Translations under genes and position numbers: made by a program
Notes under the pieces: model-generated
What the model was told of the DNA's origin: nothing
Database searches by the model: none
The model's input: the letters and a program-made list of their open reading frames with translations, nothing else
Source: Anaeramoeba ignava BMAN
Lineage: Eukaryota; Protista; Anaeramoebae
DNA length: 64,000 nucleotides
Assembly: GCA_028826165.1 (NCBI GenBank)
Contig: JAPDFW010000147.1
Span: 790,814 to 854,813, forward strand
Direction: 5' to 3'
Part shown: positions 36,804 through 50,610 of the stretch, one piece after another
Layout of the letters: the number at the start of each line of letters is the position of its first letter
How positions within the stretch are numbered: position 1 is the first letter of the stretch

Positions 36804-39112
36804 ATGACTCAAAATTTAATTAGATCATTTAGAGCAAGAAATAAAACTTTATCATCTTTAATTCAAAAAGGAATTACTTCAACTTCTCAAACAGCAGAAA
36901 TATTTAAAAATGAAAATAAAGATACAAATAGGGTTTATAATAATTTAACATTCAAAATTAAAATTCATTTACAAATTTAAAATTCATTTATAAATTAAAA
37001 TTCATTTATAAATTAAAATTCATTTATAAATTAAAATTAAATTAAATTAAAATTTAAATTAAAATCAAATTCATTTATAAATTAAATTCATTTATAAATC
37101 AAAATTATTCAAATTCATTTATAAATTCAAATTCATTTATAAAATTCAAATTCATTTATAAAATTAAAATTCAAATTAAAATTAAAATTAAAATTAAAAT
37201 TAAAATTATAATTAAAATTCAAATTTAAATTCATTTATAAAATTAAAATTCAAATTCAAATTAAAATTCAAATTAAAAATAAAATTAAAATTCATTTATA
37301 AATTAAAATTCATTTATAAATTAAAATTAAAATTATAATTAAAATTCAAATTTAAAATTAAAATTAAATTAAAAAAAAAAATTAAAATTAAAATTAAAAA
37401 TTAAAAATTCAAATTTCCAAATTCAAAATTTAAATTTAAAATTCAAATTCAAATTCAAATTCAAATAAAAATTAAAATTAAAATTAAAAATTAAAATTAA
37501 AATCAAAATTAAAATTAAAATTCAAATTCAAATTCATTTATAAATTAAAATTTAAATTCAAATTCAAATTCAAATTCATTTATAAATTATAATTCAAATT
37601 AAAATTATAATTAAAATTAAAATTAAAATTAAAATGAAAAAAAAGCTTGAAGAATCTTATAAAGGCTTATTACTTTTACAAAAAGATTTTGAATATCATC
37701 AAAATTTACTTTCTGAAATCACTGAATTATCACAAATACAAGATTTTAGTCATGAAAGTCTTCAAGGATATTTAGAAACAAGAAATTCAAGTCGAAATAA
37801 AAAAGATGAAATTTCCCAAATTTCACAACAATTAAATGAATTTAAAACTTCTTTAAGACCAAAATCAAAAAAGAATGATAAAAATATTAAAAATGATGAA
37901 ATTGAACAATCTCAAGCAATGCCTTTTTCTCAAATTGGTTCATATAATGGTTCTCAAATAAAAGACCCAATCATGAAGTATTTTCTTTTGCTTTTCAAAG
38001 ATTTTATTTTTAAAACTAATTCCAAAATTTTTTTCCTTTTCTTTTTTTTAGTTTGAATTGTGGTCATATATATTCTAAAAGAGATATATATCAATCTAAA
38101 AGAGATATTTATCAATGTAAAATAGATTTATAAAATAGATTTATAAAATAGATTTATAAAATAGATTTATAAAATAGATTTATAAAATAGATTTATAAAA
38201 TAAATTTAAAAATAGATTTAATAATATATTTATAAAATAGATTTATAAAATAGATTTATAAAATAATTTAAAAATAGATTTAAAAAATTTAATAATAAAA
38301 ATATTTTTATAAAATATAAATTTAATAATATATTTAAAAATATATTTATAAAATAGATTTATAAAATAGATTTTTATAAAATAGATTTATAAAATAGATT
38401 TATAAAAATATTTATAAAAAATAGATTTAGAAATATATTTATAAAATAGATTTATAAAAATAGATTTAATAATAGATTTATAAATAAATTTAAAAATAGA
38501 TTTTTAATAGATTTAAAAATATAGCTTATAAAATAGATTTATAAAATAAATTTATAAAATAGATTTATAAAATAGATTTATAAAAAAATTTATATAATAT
38601 ATTTAATAATAGATTTATAAAATAGATTTATAAAATAGATTTGGGGAGCTAAAATAGATTTTATAAAAATAATATTTATAAAATATATTTATAAAATATA
38701 TTTATAAAATAGATTTATAAAATAGATTTAATAATAGATTTATAAAATAGATTTAATAAAATAGATTTATAAAATAGATTTATAAAATAGATTTATAAAA
38801 ATAGATTTAATAATAGATTTAAAAATAAATTTATTTTAAAAAAATAAAAAAGATATTCAACACGGACAAAAGAAAAATAGAGAAATTAAATGCCCAATTA
38901 GAGGTTGTGAAAAGCCTTTATCGATAGAAAGCTTACAAGTTCCAATGGGAATTGAAAAAATTGAAACAACTCAAAATGAAAATCAAATGAACATTATTCA
39001 AAATGAAATCGATCCAATTAAATCTGAAAGTGAAAATGAAAGTGAAAGTGAACAATATGAAAGTCATTCTATTGAGCAAACTGATTCGATTGAAGATTCT
39101 TCTGATTATTAA
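36804..39112 (+). CDS. NSMCE2: Nse2/Mms21 SP-RING SUMO E3 ligase (SMC5/6 subunit), 4 exons
   Basis: Helical N-terminus, then KDPIMN|LNCGHIYS...I..CPIRGC, with an acidic tail. Confidence 0.75.
38120..38820. repeat. Intronic 13-mer repeat (ataaaatagattt)
   Basis: Fills the last Nse2 intron. Confidence 0.85.
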
Positions 39113-39233
39113 TTATTTTTTTTTATTGAAATAATAATTTGTTTACTTTTCTTTTCATAAATAAAAAAATTCAAAAATTATTTTTTCATTTTTTCATTTT
39201 TTCATTTTTTCATTTTTTCATTTTTCTAAAAAT

Positions 39234-40961
39234 ATGCAAAGAAGAAAATCCAATAAAAAATCAAATAAAAAATCAAACAAAAAACCAAACAGAAAATCAA
39301 ACAGAAAATCAAACAATTCAAACAAAAAACCAAACAGAAAATCAAATAAAAATATTCAACGCAATTTAAATAAAATTTTTAATGAAAATATAAATCAAAA
39401 TCAAAATCAAAATCAAAATCAAAATGAAAATGAAAATGAAAATATAAATCAAAATATAAATCAAAATATAAATCAAAATATAAATCAAAATATAAATCAA
39501 AATCAAAATCAAAATCAAAATCAAAATCAAAATCAAAATAAAAATCAAAATCAAAATCAAAATCATAAATCAAAAATATAAATCAAAAATCAAAATCAAA
39601 ATCAAAATCAAAAGAAATGAAAATCAAAATCAAAATCAAAATCAAAATCAAAAAATCAAAATCAAAATCAAAATCAAAATCAAAATCAAAATCAAAATCA
39701 AAATCAAAATGAAAATGAAAATAAAAATCAAAATATAAATCAAAATCAAAATCAAAATATAAATCAAAATATAAATCAAAATGAAAATGAAAATAAAAAT
39801 CAAAATGAAAATGAAAATAAAAATCAAAATCAAAATCAAAATCAAAATCAAAATGAAAATGAAAATATAAATCAATTTAAAAATGAAAATCAAAATATAA
39901 ATCAAAATATAAATCAAAATGAAAATCAAAATATAAATCAAAATCAAAATGAAAATATAAATCAAAATATAAATCAAAATCAAAATCAAAATATAAATCA
40001 AAATCAAAATATAAATCAAAATATAAATATAAATCAAAATATAAATCAAAATATAAATCAAAATGAAAATCAAAATCAAAACGAAAATCAAAATATAAAT
40101 CAAAATCAAAATAAAAATGAAAATCAAAATGAAAATATAAATCAAAATATAAATCAAAATAAAAATATAAATCAAAATCAAAATCAAAATAAAAATATAA
40201 ATCAATTTAAAAATGAAAATCAAAATGAAAATCAAAATATAAATCAAAATCAAAATAAAAATATAAATCAATTTAAAAATGAAAATCAAAATATAAATCA
40301 AAATGAAAATCAAAATCAAAATGAAAATAAAAATAATTCTTTTGTTGACAAAATTAAAGAACAATTACAAAATCTCTTACAATTAATTTTGGAAGCTTAC
40401 CAAGAATGGGAAATGGTAAACAAAGAAGGAAAAGTGATTGGAAATATTATTGTGAATCAAATGTTAACACAAACATTTTTTCTTGAAGAAACACAAACAA
40501 AAGAAACAATTGAATTCTTTAAAGGATTTCCTGAATTAATAACTTCAACAGAAACAAAAATTTATTTACAAACACAAAAAGAAATCAAGAACTTGAAAAA
40601 TTTAGTTGAAAAATTAGAATCAAAATACAAATTAATAACAGATTCAAAAGAAAAGCTTTTGGAATTTGTTTTAGAATTAGAATATCAAGATATTTTTATT
40701 GATGATAAAAATCAAATGGATAATTTAATTATTGGAAATTTTTCTTTTAAAATGAATGATTTTTTTAATCAAATTGAAGAAATTTGTTCAATTTTACAAA
40801 AAGATATATTGTTTAAAACGATAATTATTTATGAATTAACAAATAGTTTTGAAAGAGATGATCTTATTTTAAAATTATCTTGTTGGATTCAAAACCCTTT
40901 TTTTGATCAAGAGAAATTAAAAGATAAAATTTCTGTTTTAGATTTAGAAATTAAAATATAA
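39234..40961 (+). CDS. CINP/C1orf109-like protein with very long N/Q low-complexity N-terminus (frame broken in the repeat)
   Basis: C-terminal domain QEWEMVNKEG..NIIVN...QKDILFKTIII..LSCWIQNPFFD resembles CINP. A basic N-terminal ORF at 39234 runs into the AATCAA repeat. Confidence 0.5.
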
Positions 40962-41616
40962 ATAATTAAAATTAAATCAAAAATTAAAATTAAAATTAAA
41001 ATTAAAATTAAAATTAAAACTAAAATTAAAATTAAAATTAAAATTAAAATTAAAATTAAAATTAAAATTAAAATTAAAAATCAAAAATTAAAATTAAAAT
41101 TAAAATTAAAATTAAAATTAAAAACAAGTGGAAAATGATCTTGAAAAAATTTTTCTTTCAAAATTATTTTTTTTTTGTTGTTGTTGATCAATTAATTCTC
41201 TTTTCTTTTAGATAACATATAAATAAAATAAATAGTAAAAAAAAAAATAAAGAAAAGTTAAGAAAAGTGGTTAAAAAATTAATTTGAGAAAGATTTTAAA
41301 GTTATTTTATAATTAAATTTTAAATTAAAATGATGCCGGCAGATTAAGAAAAAGTTAATTTAATTTTAATTTAAAGTTTATTTATTTTATTTTTTTTATT
41401 TTTAGATCAATTAACCATTTTTTTTAATTAAAAAAAATAAAAAAAATAAAATTAAATTTTGAAATAAATTGTTTTCATTTTTTTTCTTTTCTTTTTATTT
41501 TATTTTATTTTTTTTTTTTAAAAGCTTTAAAAACATTTAAATTAAAATTTTTAAAAAAACAAAAACATTTACATTAAAATTTAAAAACAAAAACAAAAAC
41601 AAAAACAAAAACAAAA

Positions 41617-44116
41617 ATGAGTGAATCTTCAGAAATTGAATTATCAGAAAAAAAAGAAATCAAAGAAGAAGATAAAAGTGAAGATAAAAGCGAAGACAAA
41701 AAACAAGAACACAAACACAAATACAAACATAAACATAAACATAAACATAAAAAAGACAAAAAAGAAAAACAAGACAAACAAGACATTGAAATGGGGTCAG
41801 ATTCCGAAAACAAAAACACGGGACAAATGACACGAAAAAGAAGCGGATTTGGAACATGGAAACAAACATTTCGAGGGACATTAGGATTTTTACCAAAAGA
41901 GGAGCAAAAAGAGCATGACAAACAATGGCAAAACTTTTCTACATTTCGAAGAAAAGCGCGACCGTTATTAGAACATCAAGAAACGTTACAATTACATTTT
42001 GACCCAAATCAAACGGGTCCAGAAAATGCCCAAAATATTGATGGCGAATGGCAACCCACGTTTGTTTCTTCAGATGATGAGCCTGTTGATGGTGGAACTA
42101 AAACAAATCCTGATGACCCTAATAAATTTACCCCCAAAGAAAAAGCAAAAGCGAGAGCTAAAGCTCAGGCTCAGGCTAAATTGTATGAAGAACCTCAAAA
42201 AGAACATAAGCCGTATTTTATTTGGATCGTTTCTTTGGTTGATGTTGTTATGATGATCGTAGCTTTGGTTAAAAATCATGGTTTTGAATCTTTTCAATTA
42301 AATCCTTGGGGTGGTCCTTCTCAACAAACTTTGGTTGATTTGGGTGCAAAAGGTAATTTTTAAATAATAATTTTAATAATAATTTTATAAATAATTTTAA
42401 TAATAAATTTAATAATAATTTTAATAATAATTTAATAATAATTTAAATAATAATTTTAATAATAATTTAATAATAATTTAAATAATAATTTTAATAATAA
42501 TTTTAATAATAAATTTAATAATAATTTTAATAATAATTTTAATAATAATAAAATGAATAGATGGACCAAAAATTAAAGATGGTCAATGGTGGAGATTTAT
42601 AACACCAATTTTTCTTCATGTTGGAATTATTCATTTATTACTAAATCTTTCATTTCAATGGAGAGGAGGAAAACAAATTGAACAATCAGTTGGAACAATT
42701 CGAGTTGCAATAATTTACATGCTAGCAGGAATTGGTGGAAATTTATTGAGTGTTGTTTTTCTTCCAAATTTAGTTCAAGTTGGTGCTTCTGGTGCTTTAT
42801 TTGGTCTTTTAGCTGTTTTATTATGTGATTTGTTACAAAATTGGAAGCAAATTTATGAACCAAAATCTTCTTTGATTAAAATGATTGTAGTAATTATTTT
42901 ATCTTTTGGTTTAGGTCTTCTTCCTGCAGTTGATAATTTTGCTCATATTGGTAAAAATTAAAATTAAAAATTTAAATCAAAATTTAAATCAAAATTAAAA
43001 TTAAAATTAAAATTAAAATTAAAATTAAAATTAAAATTAATATTAAAATTAATATTAAAATTAAATTAAAATCAAAAATTAAAATTAAAATTAAAATTAA
43101 AATTAAAATTAAAATTAAAATTAAAATTAAAATTAAAATTAAAATTAAAATTAAAATTAAAATTAAAATTAAAATTTAAATTAAAATTAAAATTAAAATT
43201 AAAATTAATATTAAAAATTAAAATTAAATTTAAAATTAAAATTAAAATTAAAATTAAAATTAAAAATTAAAATTAAAAATTAAAATTAAAATTAAAATTA
43301 AAATTAAAATTAAAATTAAAATTAAAATTAAAATTAAAATTAAAATTAAAATTAAAAATTAAAAATTAAAATTAATATTTATTAAAATTAAAATTAAAAA
43401 TTATTAAAATTAAAAATTAAAATTAAAATTAAAATTAAAATTAAAATTAAAATTAAAATTAAAATTAAAATTAAAATTAAAAATTAAAAATTAAAATTAA
43501 AATTAAATTTAAAATTAAAAATTAAAATTAAAATTAAAATTAAAATTAAAATTAAAATTAAAAATTAAAATTAAAATTAAAATTAAAATTAAAATTAAAA
43601 TTTAAATTTAAAATTAAAATTAAAATTAAAATTAAAATTAAAATTAAAATTAAAATCAAATTAAAATTAAAATTAAAATTAAAATTAAAATTAAAATTAA
43701 AATTAAAATTAAAATTAAAATTAAAATTAATATTAAAATTAAAATTAAAATTAAAATTAAAATTAAAATTAAAATTAAAATTAAAATTAAAATTAAAATT
43801 AAAATTAAAATTCAAAATTAAAATTAAAATTAAAATTAAAATTAATTTCAATAAAATAGGTGGATTTGTTGTGGGATTATTATCAGGAATCATTTTAATG
43901 CCATATATTAATTTTGGAAAAACAAGAAAAATATTAGTATTAATTGCAATACCATTATTAATAGCATATTATGTGATTCTTTTTGCAGTATTTTACAGAG
44001 ATATTGAAGGAGATGCATGGTGTTCTTTCTGTAAATATGCAAATTGCATTCCAGTGAAAGGATGGTGTGATAATTTAGATGGAACAGAAGTAAAAAAAAC
44101 TGATATTCAAAGTTAA
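41617..44116 (+). CDS. Rhomboid intramembrane serine protease (active type), 3 exons
   Basis: NPWGGPS..LVDLGAK|DG..GQWWRFITPIFLHVGIIHLLLN, VGASGALFG, DNFAHIG|GF, C-terminal WCSFCKYANCIP..WC. Confidence 0.93.
42955..43850. repeat. Intronic (AAAATT)n microsatellite
   Basis: About 0.9 kb in rhomboid intron 2. Confidence 0.85.
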
Positions 44117-44464
44117 ATTCCAAAAATTCAAAAATTGAAGAAGAAAAACTTCAGAATTTATTCTTTTTTTTACAAACAAACAAAAAAAAAATTAATTAAT
44201 AATGAATAATTAATGTAGATTCCAAAAGAAAGGTTTGCAAAGTTTTTCTTTGTTTGTTTTCCAAACTTCTCATTCAAATTTATTTTTTTTTTTTGATACT
44301 TTCTTTAATGGAATTTTCTTTTTCTTTTTCTTTTTCTCAATTTTTTTTTTTCCGATTTTGAATTTGAAATAAAAAAAACAAAAACAAAAACAAAAACAAT
44401 TTTAATTTTAAATTTAAATAAAAATTAAAAATTTAAAAATAAAAAAATTTAATAAAAATTTAAA

Positions 44465-44537
44465 TGGTTTCGGCGAGGATCGAACTCGCGACCTTCAGGT
44501 TATGAATCTGACATTCTCCCGACTGAACTACGAAACC
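44465..44537 (-). tRNA. tRNA-Met(CAU), elongator type
   Basis: GGTTTCG TAGTTCAGTCGGGAGAAT G TCAGA TTCATAA CCTGA AGGTC GCGAG TTCGATC CTCGC CGAAACC A. Cloverleaf folds, anticodon CAT, standard TTC T-loop, G1-C72. Confidence 0.95.
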
Positions 44538-44731
44538 AAATTTTAAATTTTAATTTAATTTTAATTTGAAATTGAATTAAATTATTTTCAATTTCTTATT
44601 TTTTAAATTCTAAAAATTTATTTATTTATATTTAAAATTTTTTTTTTTTTTTTTTTTAAATTAAAAAAAATATAAAAAAAATAAAAATTTTTTTTCCCTT
44701 TTTCTTTTTTCATTTTTTTTAAGTTAGAATT

Positions 44732-46740
44732 ATGTCTAAAAAAGAAGAAACTAATCAAGAAACAAATGAAGATGCAGAATTAATTAAGAAAGTTGAAAGT
44801 TTATCAATTCAAGATGAAACTAAAACTGATGAAAAAGAAACTAAAATTGAAGAAAAAGAAACTAAAACTGAAGAAAAAGAAACAGAAAAAGAAACAAAAA
44901 AAGAAGAACCAAGTCTTGCAGGTGGTTTAACTTCTCTTACTCTAGAAGGTTTATGTGAAGGAATTAAGAATAATAATTTTAAAAAAATTGTTATTATGGT
45001 TGGTGCTGGTGCTTCAGGTATTTTACCATTAAAATTAAAAATTCCAAATTTAATCAAAACTAAATCAATTTTAAATCAATTTTATATCAAATTTAAATCA
45101 AAATTAAATCAAAATTAAATCAAATTTAAATCAAAATTAAATCAAAACTAAATCAAAATTAAATCAAAATTAAATCAAAATTAAATTAAATTTAAATCAA
45201 ATTTAAATCAAAATTAAATCAAAATCAAATCAAATTTAAATCAAAATTAAATCAATTTTAAATCAAATTTAAATCAAAATTAAATCAAAATTAAATTAAA
45301 ATTAAATCAAAATTAAATCAAAATTAAATCAAATTTAAATCAAATTTAAATCAAATTTATATCAAAATTAAATCAAAATTAAATCAAAATTAAATCAAAT
45401 TTAAATCAAAATTAAATCAAAATTAAATCAATATTAAATCAAAATTAAATCAAATTTAAATCAAATTTAAATCAAAATTAAATCAAAATTTAATCAAAAT
45501 TAAATCAAAATTAAATCAAAATTAAATCAAATTTAAATCAAAACTAAATTAAAATTAAATCAAAATTAAATCAAAATTAAATTAAAATTAAATCAAATTT
45601 AAATCAAAATTAAATCAAATTTAAATCAAAATTAAATCAAAATTAAATCAAAATTAAATCAAAATTAAATCAAAATTAAATCAAATTTAAATCAAATTTA
45701 AATCAAAATTAAATCAAAATTAAATCAAAATTAAATCAAAATTAAATCAAAATTAAATCAAAATTAAATCAAATTTAAATCAAAACTAAATTAAAATTAA
45801 ATCAAATTTAAATCAAAATTAAATCAAAATTAAATCAATATTAAATCAAATTTAAATCAAAATTAAATCAAAATTTAAATCAAAATTAAAATCAAAATTT
45901 AAAATGAAAATAGTTTCAGCAGGAATTCCAGATTTCCGATCACCCAAAACAGGATTATATCACAATTTAGATCGATTCAACCTTCCATATCCTGAAGCAG
46001 TATTTGACATATCATATTTCAAAGAAAATCCAAAACCATTTTTTGAACTAGCAAAAGAATTATATCCAGGAAATTTTTCACCAACACCAACACATTATTT
46101 CTTCAAACTTTTAGACAACAAGGGATTACTCCACCGAGTATACACACAAAACATCGACACCCTTGAGAGATTAGCAGGACTTTCCGCAGATAAAATAGTG
46201 GAAGCACATGGATCGTTTGCGGAATCAACATGTCTAAAATGCGGAGCAAAATACGAATCTGAAAGTTTAAAAGAAAGAATCATGCATTCTGTGTTGCCCA
46301 AATGCAGCAAGTGCGGCGGGCTTGTGAAGCCTGACATTGTGTTCTTTGGCGAAAGCTTACCCAAGAGATTTTGGGAACTTTCCAGTCCGGATTTTAAAGA
46401 GGCTGATTTATTACTTGTTATTGGAACCTCTTTACAAGTTCAACCGTTTGCTGGTTTAATTAGTGCAGTTAAAAAAACTATTCCAAGAGTTCTCATTAAT
46501 AATAAATTGGTCGGAACCTCTAAAGAGGTCGATATCTTTAGTTTACTTATGGGTCAAAATACTTCTTCTGGTTTTCTTTTCCATAAAAAAGAAAATATTA
46601 GAGATATTCCTATTATTGGTGATTGTGATGAAAGAATTAAAGAAATTGTTCAAGTTCTTGGTTGGAAAGATGAATTTGATTTACTTGTTGAAAATGGCAA
46701 AAAGAAATTTGGGAAAAAAGATGAGGAAAAGAAAGATTAA
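44732..46740 (+). CDS. NAD-dependent deacetylase, class I sirtuin (SIRT2/Hst2-like), 2 exons
   Basis: MVGAGAS|VSAGIPDFRSP, YTQNIDTLE, EAHGSF, CxxC..CxxC, KPDIVFFGE, GTSLQVQPFA. Confidence 0.95.
45060..45900. repeat. Intronic 11-mer repeat (aaaattaaatc)
   Basis: Fills the sirtuin intron. Confidence 0.85.
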
Positions 46741-46854
46741 TTAACTAATTTTTTTTCTTTTCTTTTTGGATTTTGAGATTTTTCTTTCTTTCTACAAGAT
46801 TTTTGGTTTAGAAAAGCAAAGAAAAGACAATAAAATTAATTAAGGAAAAAGATA

Positions 46855-47553
46855 TTAAATATTGAATTAAATATTGAATTAAATATTGGATTAAATATTA
46901 AATTAAATATTGAATTAAATATTGAATTAAATATTAAATTAAATATTAAATTAAATATTGAACTAAATATTGAATTAAATATTAAATTAAATATTAAATT
47001 AAATATTGAATTAAATATTGGATTGAATATTGAATTAAATATTGGATTAAATATTAAATATTGGATTAAATTAAATATTGGATTAAATATTAAATATTGG
47101 ATTAAATATTGGATTAAATATTAAATTAAATATTGAATTAAATATTGAATTAAATATTAAATATTGAATAAAATATTGGATTGAATATTGAATTAAATTG
47201 AATATTGAATTAAATATTAAATATTGAATTAAATATTGAATTAAATATTGAATTAAATATTGATTGAATATTGAATTAAATTGAATATTGAATTAAATAT
47301 TAAATTAAATATTGGATTAAATATTAAAATTAAATATTAAATTGAATATTGGATTGAATATTAAATATTGAATTAAATATTGGATTAAATATTAAATTAA
47401 ATATTAAATTGAATATTGGATTGAATATTGGATTAAATATTGAATTAAATATTAAATTAAATATTAAATATTGAATATTGAATTAAATATTATATTAAAT
47501 ATTGAATTGAATATTAAATTAAATATTGGATTGAATATTGGATTGAATATTAA
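46855..47553. repeat. Intergenic AT repeat (aaatattgaatt-type 12-mer)
   Basis: Degenerate tandem units between the sirtuin and hydrolase genes. Confidence 0.8.
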
Positions 47554-47675
47554 ATCTTTTTAAAATAATATTTTTTGATTTTAGTTTAAAAAAGAGCAAA
47601 AATTTTGCTTTTTTTTTCATTTTCAAAATTTTTTTTGCTTTTTTTCATTTTTCATTTTTCATTTTTTTTCTTTAA

Positions 47676-49556
47676 ATGAATTACTTTAAAAAACTCGCAG
47701 TTCATATTTTAAAAAACGATTTAGCAAATAATAATTTATTTAGAATTTGGTCAAGATTTGATGTGAATGCAAAAAAACAATTAGCACCAGAACAATTCCA
47801 AATGATTTGGTCTTCTATTTTAAATTCACATGGAAAAATTCTTGAAGTTGAAGTAATTGATGCAAAAGAACTTTCTCAACAAATTCAAAATGAGAAGAAA
47901 ACTTTTTATGTTGTTGTTTCAGTTTTAACACTTGAACGTGGTTTTCTTAATTCAATGTAATTTATTTATAAAATTCATTTATAAATTAAAATTAAAATTA
48001 AAATTCATTTATAAAATTAAAATTAAAATTAAAATTAAAATTAAAATTTATAAAATTAAAATTAAAATTAAAATTAAAATTAAAATTAAAATTAAAATTA
48101 AAATTCATTTATAAATTAAAATTAAAATTAAAATTAAAATTAAAATTAAAATCAAAATTAAAATTTAAAATTCATTTATAAAATTAAAATTAAAATTAAA
48201 ATCAAAATTAAAATTAAAATTAAAATTAAAATTAAAATTAAAATTAAAATTAAAATTAAAATTAAAATTCATTTATAAATTAAAATTAAAATTAAAATTT
48301 AAATTAAAATTATAATTAAAATTCATTTATAATATTAAAATTAAAATTAAAATTCTTTTAGAATTTCTTTTTCCGATCAAAAAGAAATTATTCAATTCAT
48401 GTTTCAAGAGAATAAAGATAGAATAAAATATATAATTCCAAAATATGCAGATGAAAAAAAAATTCGAGAAATTGATATAATTGTTGGAGAAAATACAGAA
48501 TATCCATTAACAGGTTCATTAACTATACCAGAATTAGAAGATGAAACAAAATCAAATATAGAAGAAAAAGAAAAAGAAAAACAAAAAGAAAATCAAAATG
48601 AAAATCAAAATGAAAATCAAATTGAAAATCAAATTGAAAATCAAATTGAAAAAAAACAAAAATTTCCTGTTGCTATTTTTGTTCATGGAAGTGGAGCAAA
48701 TGATCGTGATGAATCAATTGGCCCAAATAAACCGTTTAAGGATCTTGCTTATGGTTTAGCAATGCACCAAATTGCAAGTATTAGATATGATAAAAGAACA
48801 AAAATATTTGTTGAACAAATGAAACAAATTCGGGACAAACTGACATGTGTTGAAGAAGTAATTGAAGATGTTTTACAAGCAATACAACTTGTTTTGAAAT
48901 ATGATTTTTTGGATTTGGAAAGAGTGTATTTGATTGGTCATAGTTTTGGAGGAAATCTTCTTCCCAGAATTTTTAAAATGTTTAAGAATTCGCAGAAATT
49001 CGATGAAAATTTAGCAAAAATTGAAATCAAAGGATTGATTTTTTTAGCAGCAAATTCAAGGAATTTAGAAGATTTATATGTGGAGCAAATGGAATATATT
49101 CTGGGAAGAAACAGTACACAAGAAGAAGCAGAAAGAAATCTTAAAGTGATCAGGAATCAAGTGGAAAATGCAAAGAAAAAGGATTTAACACATAATTTCC
49201 CAACTAAAGAATTGCCAATGGGTTTATCAGCACTTTACTATTTGGATCTTCGTTCAAATAATTCACTCAAAATTATTAACGAAGTTGCAAATCAAGTTTC
49301 TTTGTTTTTCCTTCAAGGCGGAAGAGACTATCAAGTCACTGATAAAGATGTTCAAATTTGGAAAGACACTTTAAAAGATAATCCAAAATTTTCTCAAATT
49401 CTCTTTAAATTTTATGATAATTTAAATCATGAGTTTGGTGAAGGTGAAGGTAAATCTTCTCCTGAAGAATATATTTTGACTTTTAGAAATTTCTCTGAAA
49501 AAGCTATTATTGATATTTCTGATTGGATTAATAATCAAAATGAAGAAAAAAAATAA
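47676..49556 (+). CDS. Alpha/beta-fold serine hydrolase, bacterial DUF3887+hydrolase type, 2 exons
   Basis: FVHGSGANDRDESIGPNKPFKDLAYGLA..IRYDKRT, GHSFGG nucleophile, LQGGRDYQVT, LNHEF. Intron about 47957-48361 keeps the frame. Confidence 0.88.
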
Positions 49557-49664
49557 AGAAGAACAAATAAAAACAATAATAAAATAATAAAATAAAGAAA
49601 AATTAAAACAAAAATTAAAGGAAAATTGCTTTGAATTTATTTCAATTTTTGAAATGGATTTTTA

Positions 49665-50560
49665 ATTAAATTGAATTGAATATTAAATTGAATTAAATAT
49701 TAAATTGAATATTAAATTAAATATTGAATTGAATATTGTATTGAATTAAATTGAATTGAATATTGAATTAAATTGAATTGAATATTAAATTGAATATTGA
49801 ATTGAATATTAAATTGAATATTAAATTGATTTGAATATTAAATTGAATATTAAATTGAATATTGAATTAAATATTGAATTGAATATTGAATTAAATTAAA
49901 TATTGAATATTGAATTGAATTGAATTGAATTGAATTAAATATTGAATTGAATATTAAATTAAATATTGAATTGAATTAAATATTAAATTGAATTAAATTG
50001 AATATTGAATTGAATTAAATTAAATATTAAATTGAATTGAATTGAATTAAATTGAATTAAATTGAATATTGAATTGAATATTGAATTGAATTGAATATTG
50101 AATATTAAATATTGAATTGAATATTGAATATTAAATATTGAATTGAATTGAATTGAATTGAAATTAAAAATTGAATTAAATTGAATTGAATATTGAATAT
50201 TGAATTGAATTGAATTAAATTAAATATTGAATTGAATATTGAATTAAATATTAAATTGAATTAAATATTGGATTGAATATTAAATTAAATATTGAATTGA
50301 ATTGAATTGAATTAAAAATTAAATTGAATATTGAATATTAAATTAAATTAAATATTGAATTGAATATTAAATTAAATATTGAATTGAATATTAAATTAAA
50401 TATTGAATTGATTAAATTAAATATTGAATATTAAATTAAATATTGAATATTGAATTAAATTGAATTGAATTGAATTGAATTGAATTGAATTGAAAATTGA
50501 ATTGAATATTGAATTGAATATTAAATTGAATTGAATATTAAATTGAATTGAATATAGAAT
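49665..50560. repeat. Intergenic AT repeat (attgaatattaa/attga mosaic)
   Basis: Between the convergent hydrolase and DJ-1 genes. Confidence 0.8.
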
Positions 50561-50610
50561 TAAATTTTGTTTTCAGAATTAAATCGGATTAAATTTTGTG
50601 TTGGGATTTT

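Noticed and set aside
36805-36811. Third TGACTCA motif
   Set aside because: It is simply the ATG ACT CAA start of the Nse2 coding sequence.
2256-43893. Many ORF-track entries made of IK/IL/FN/DF/YI/SK repeats (e.g. 2256-2681, 6281-7306, 24199-24643, 30141-30389, 32491-32948, 39648-40364, 43558-43893)
   Set aside because: Stop-free frames of microsatellites in introns, or alternative and antisense frames of NQ tracts; not genes.
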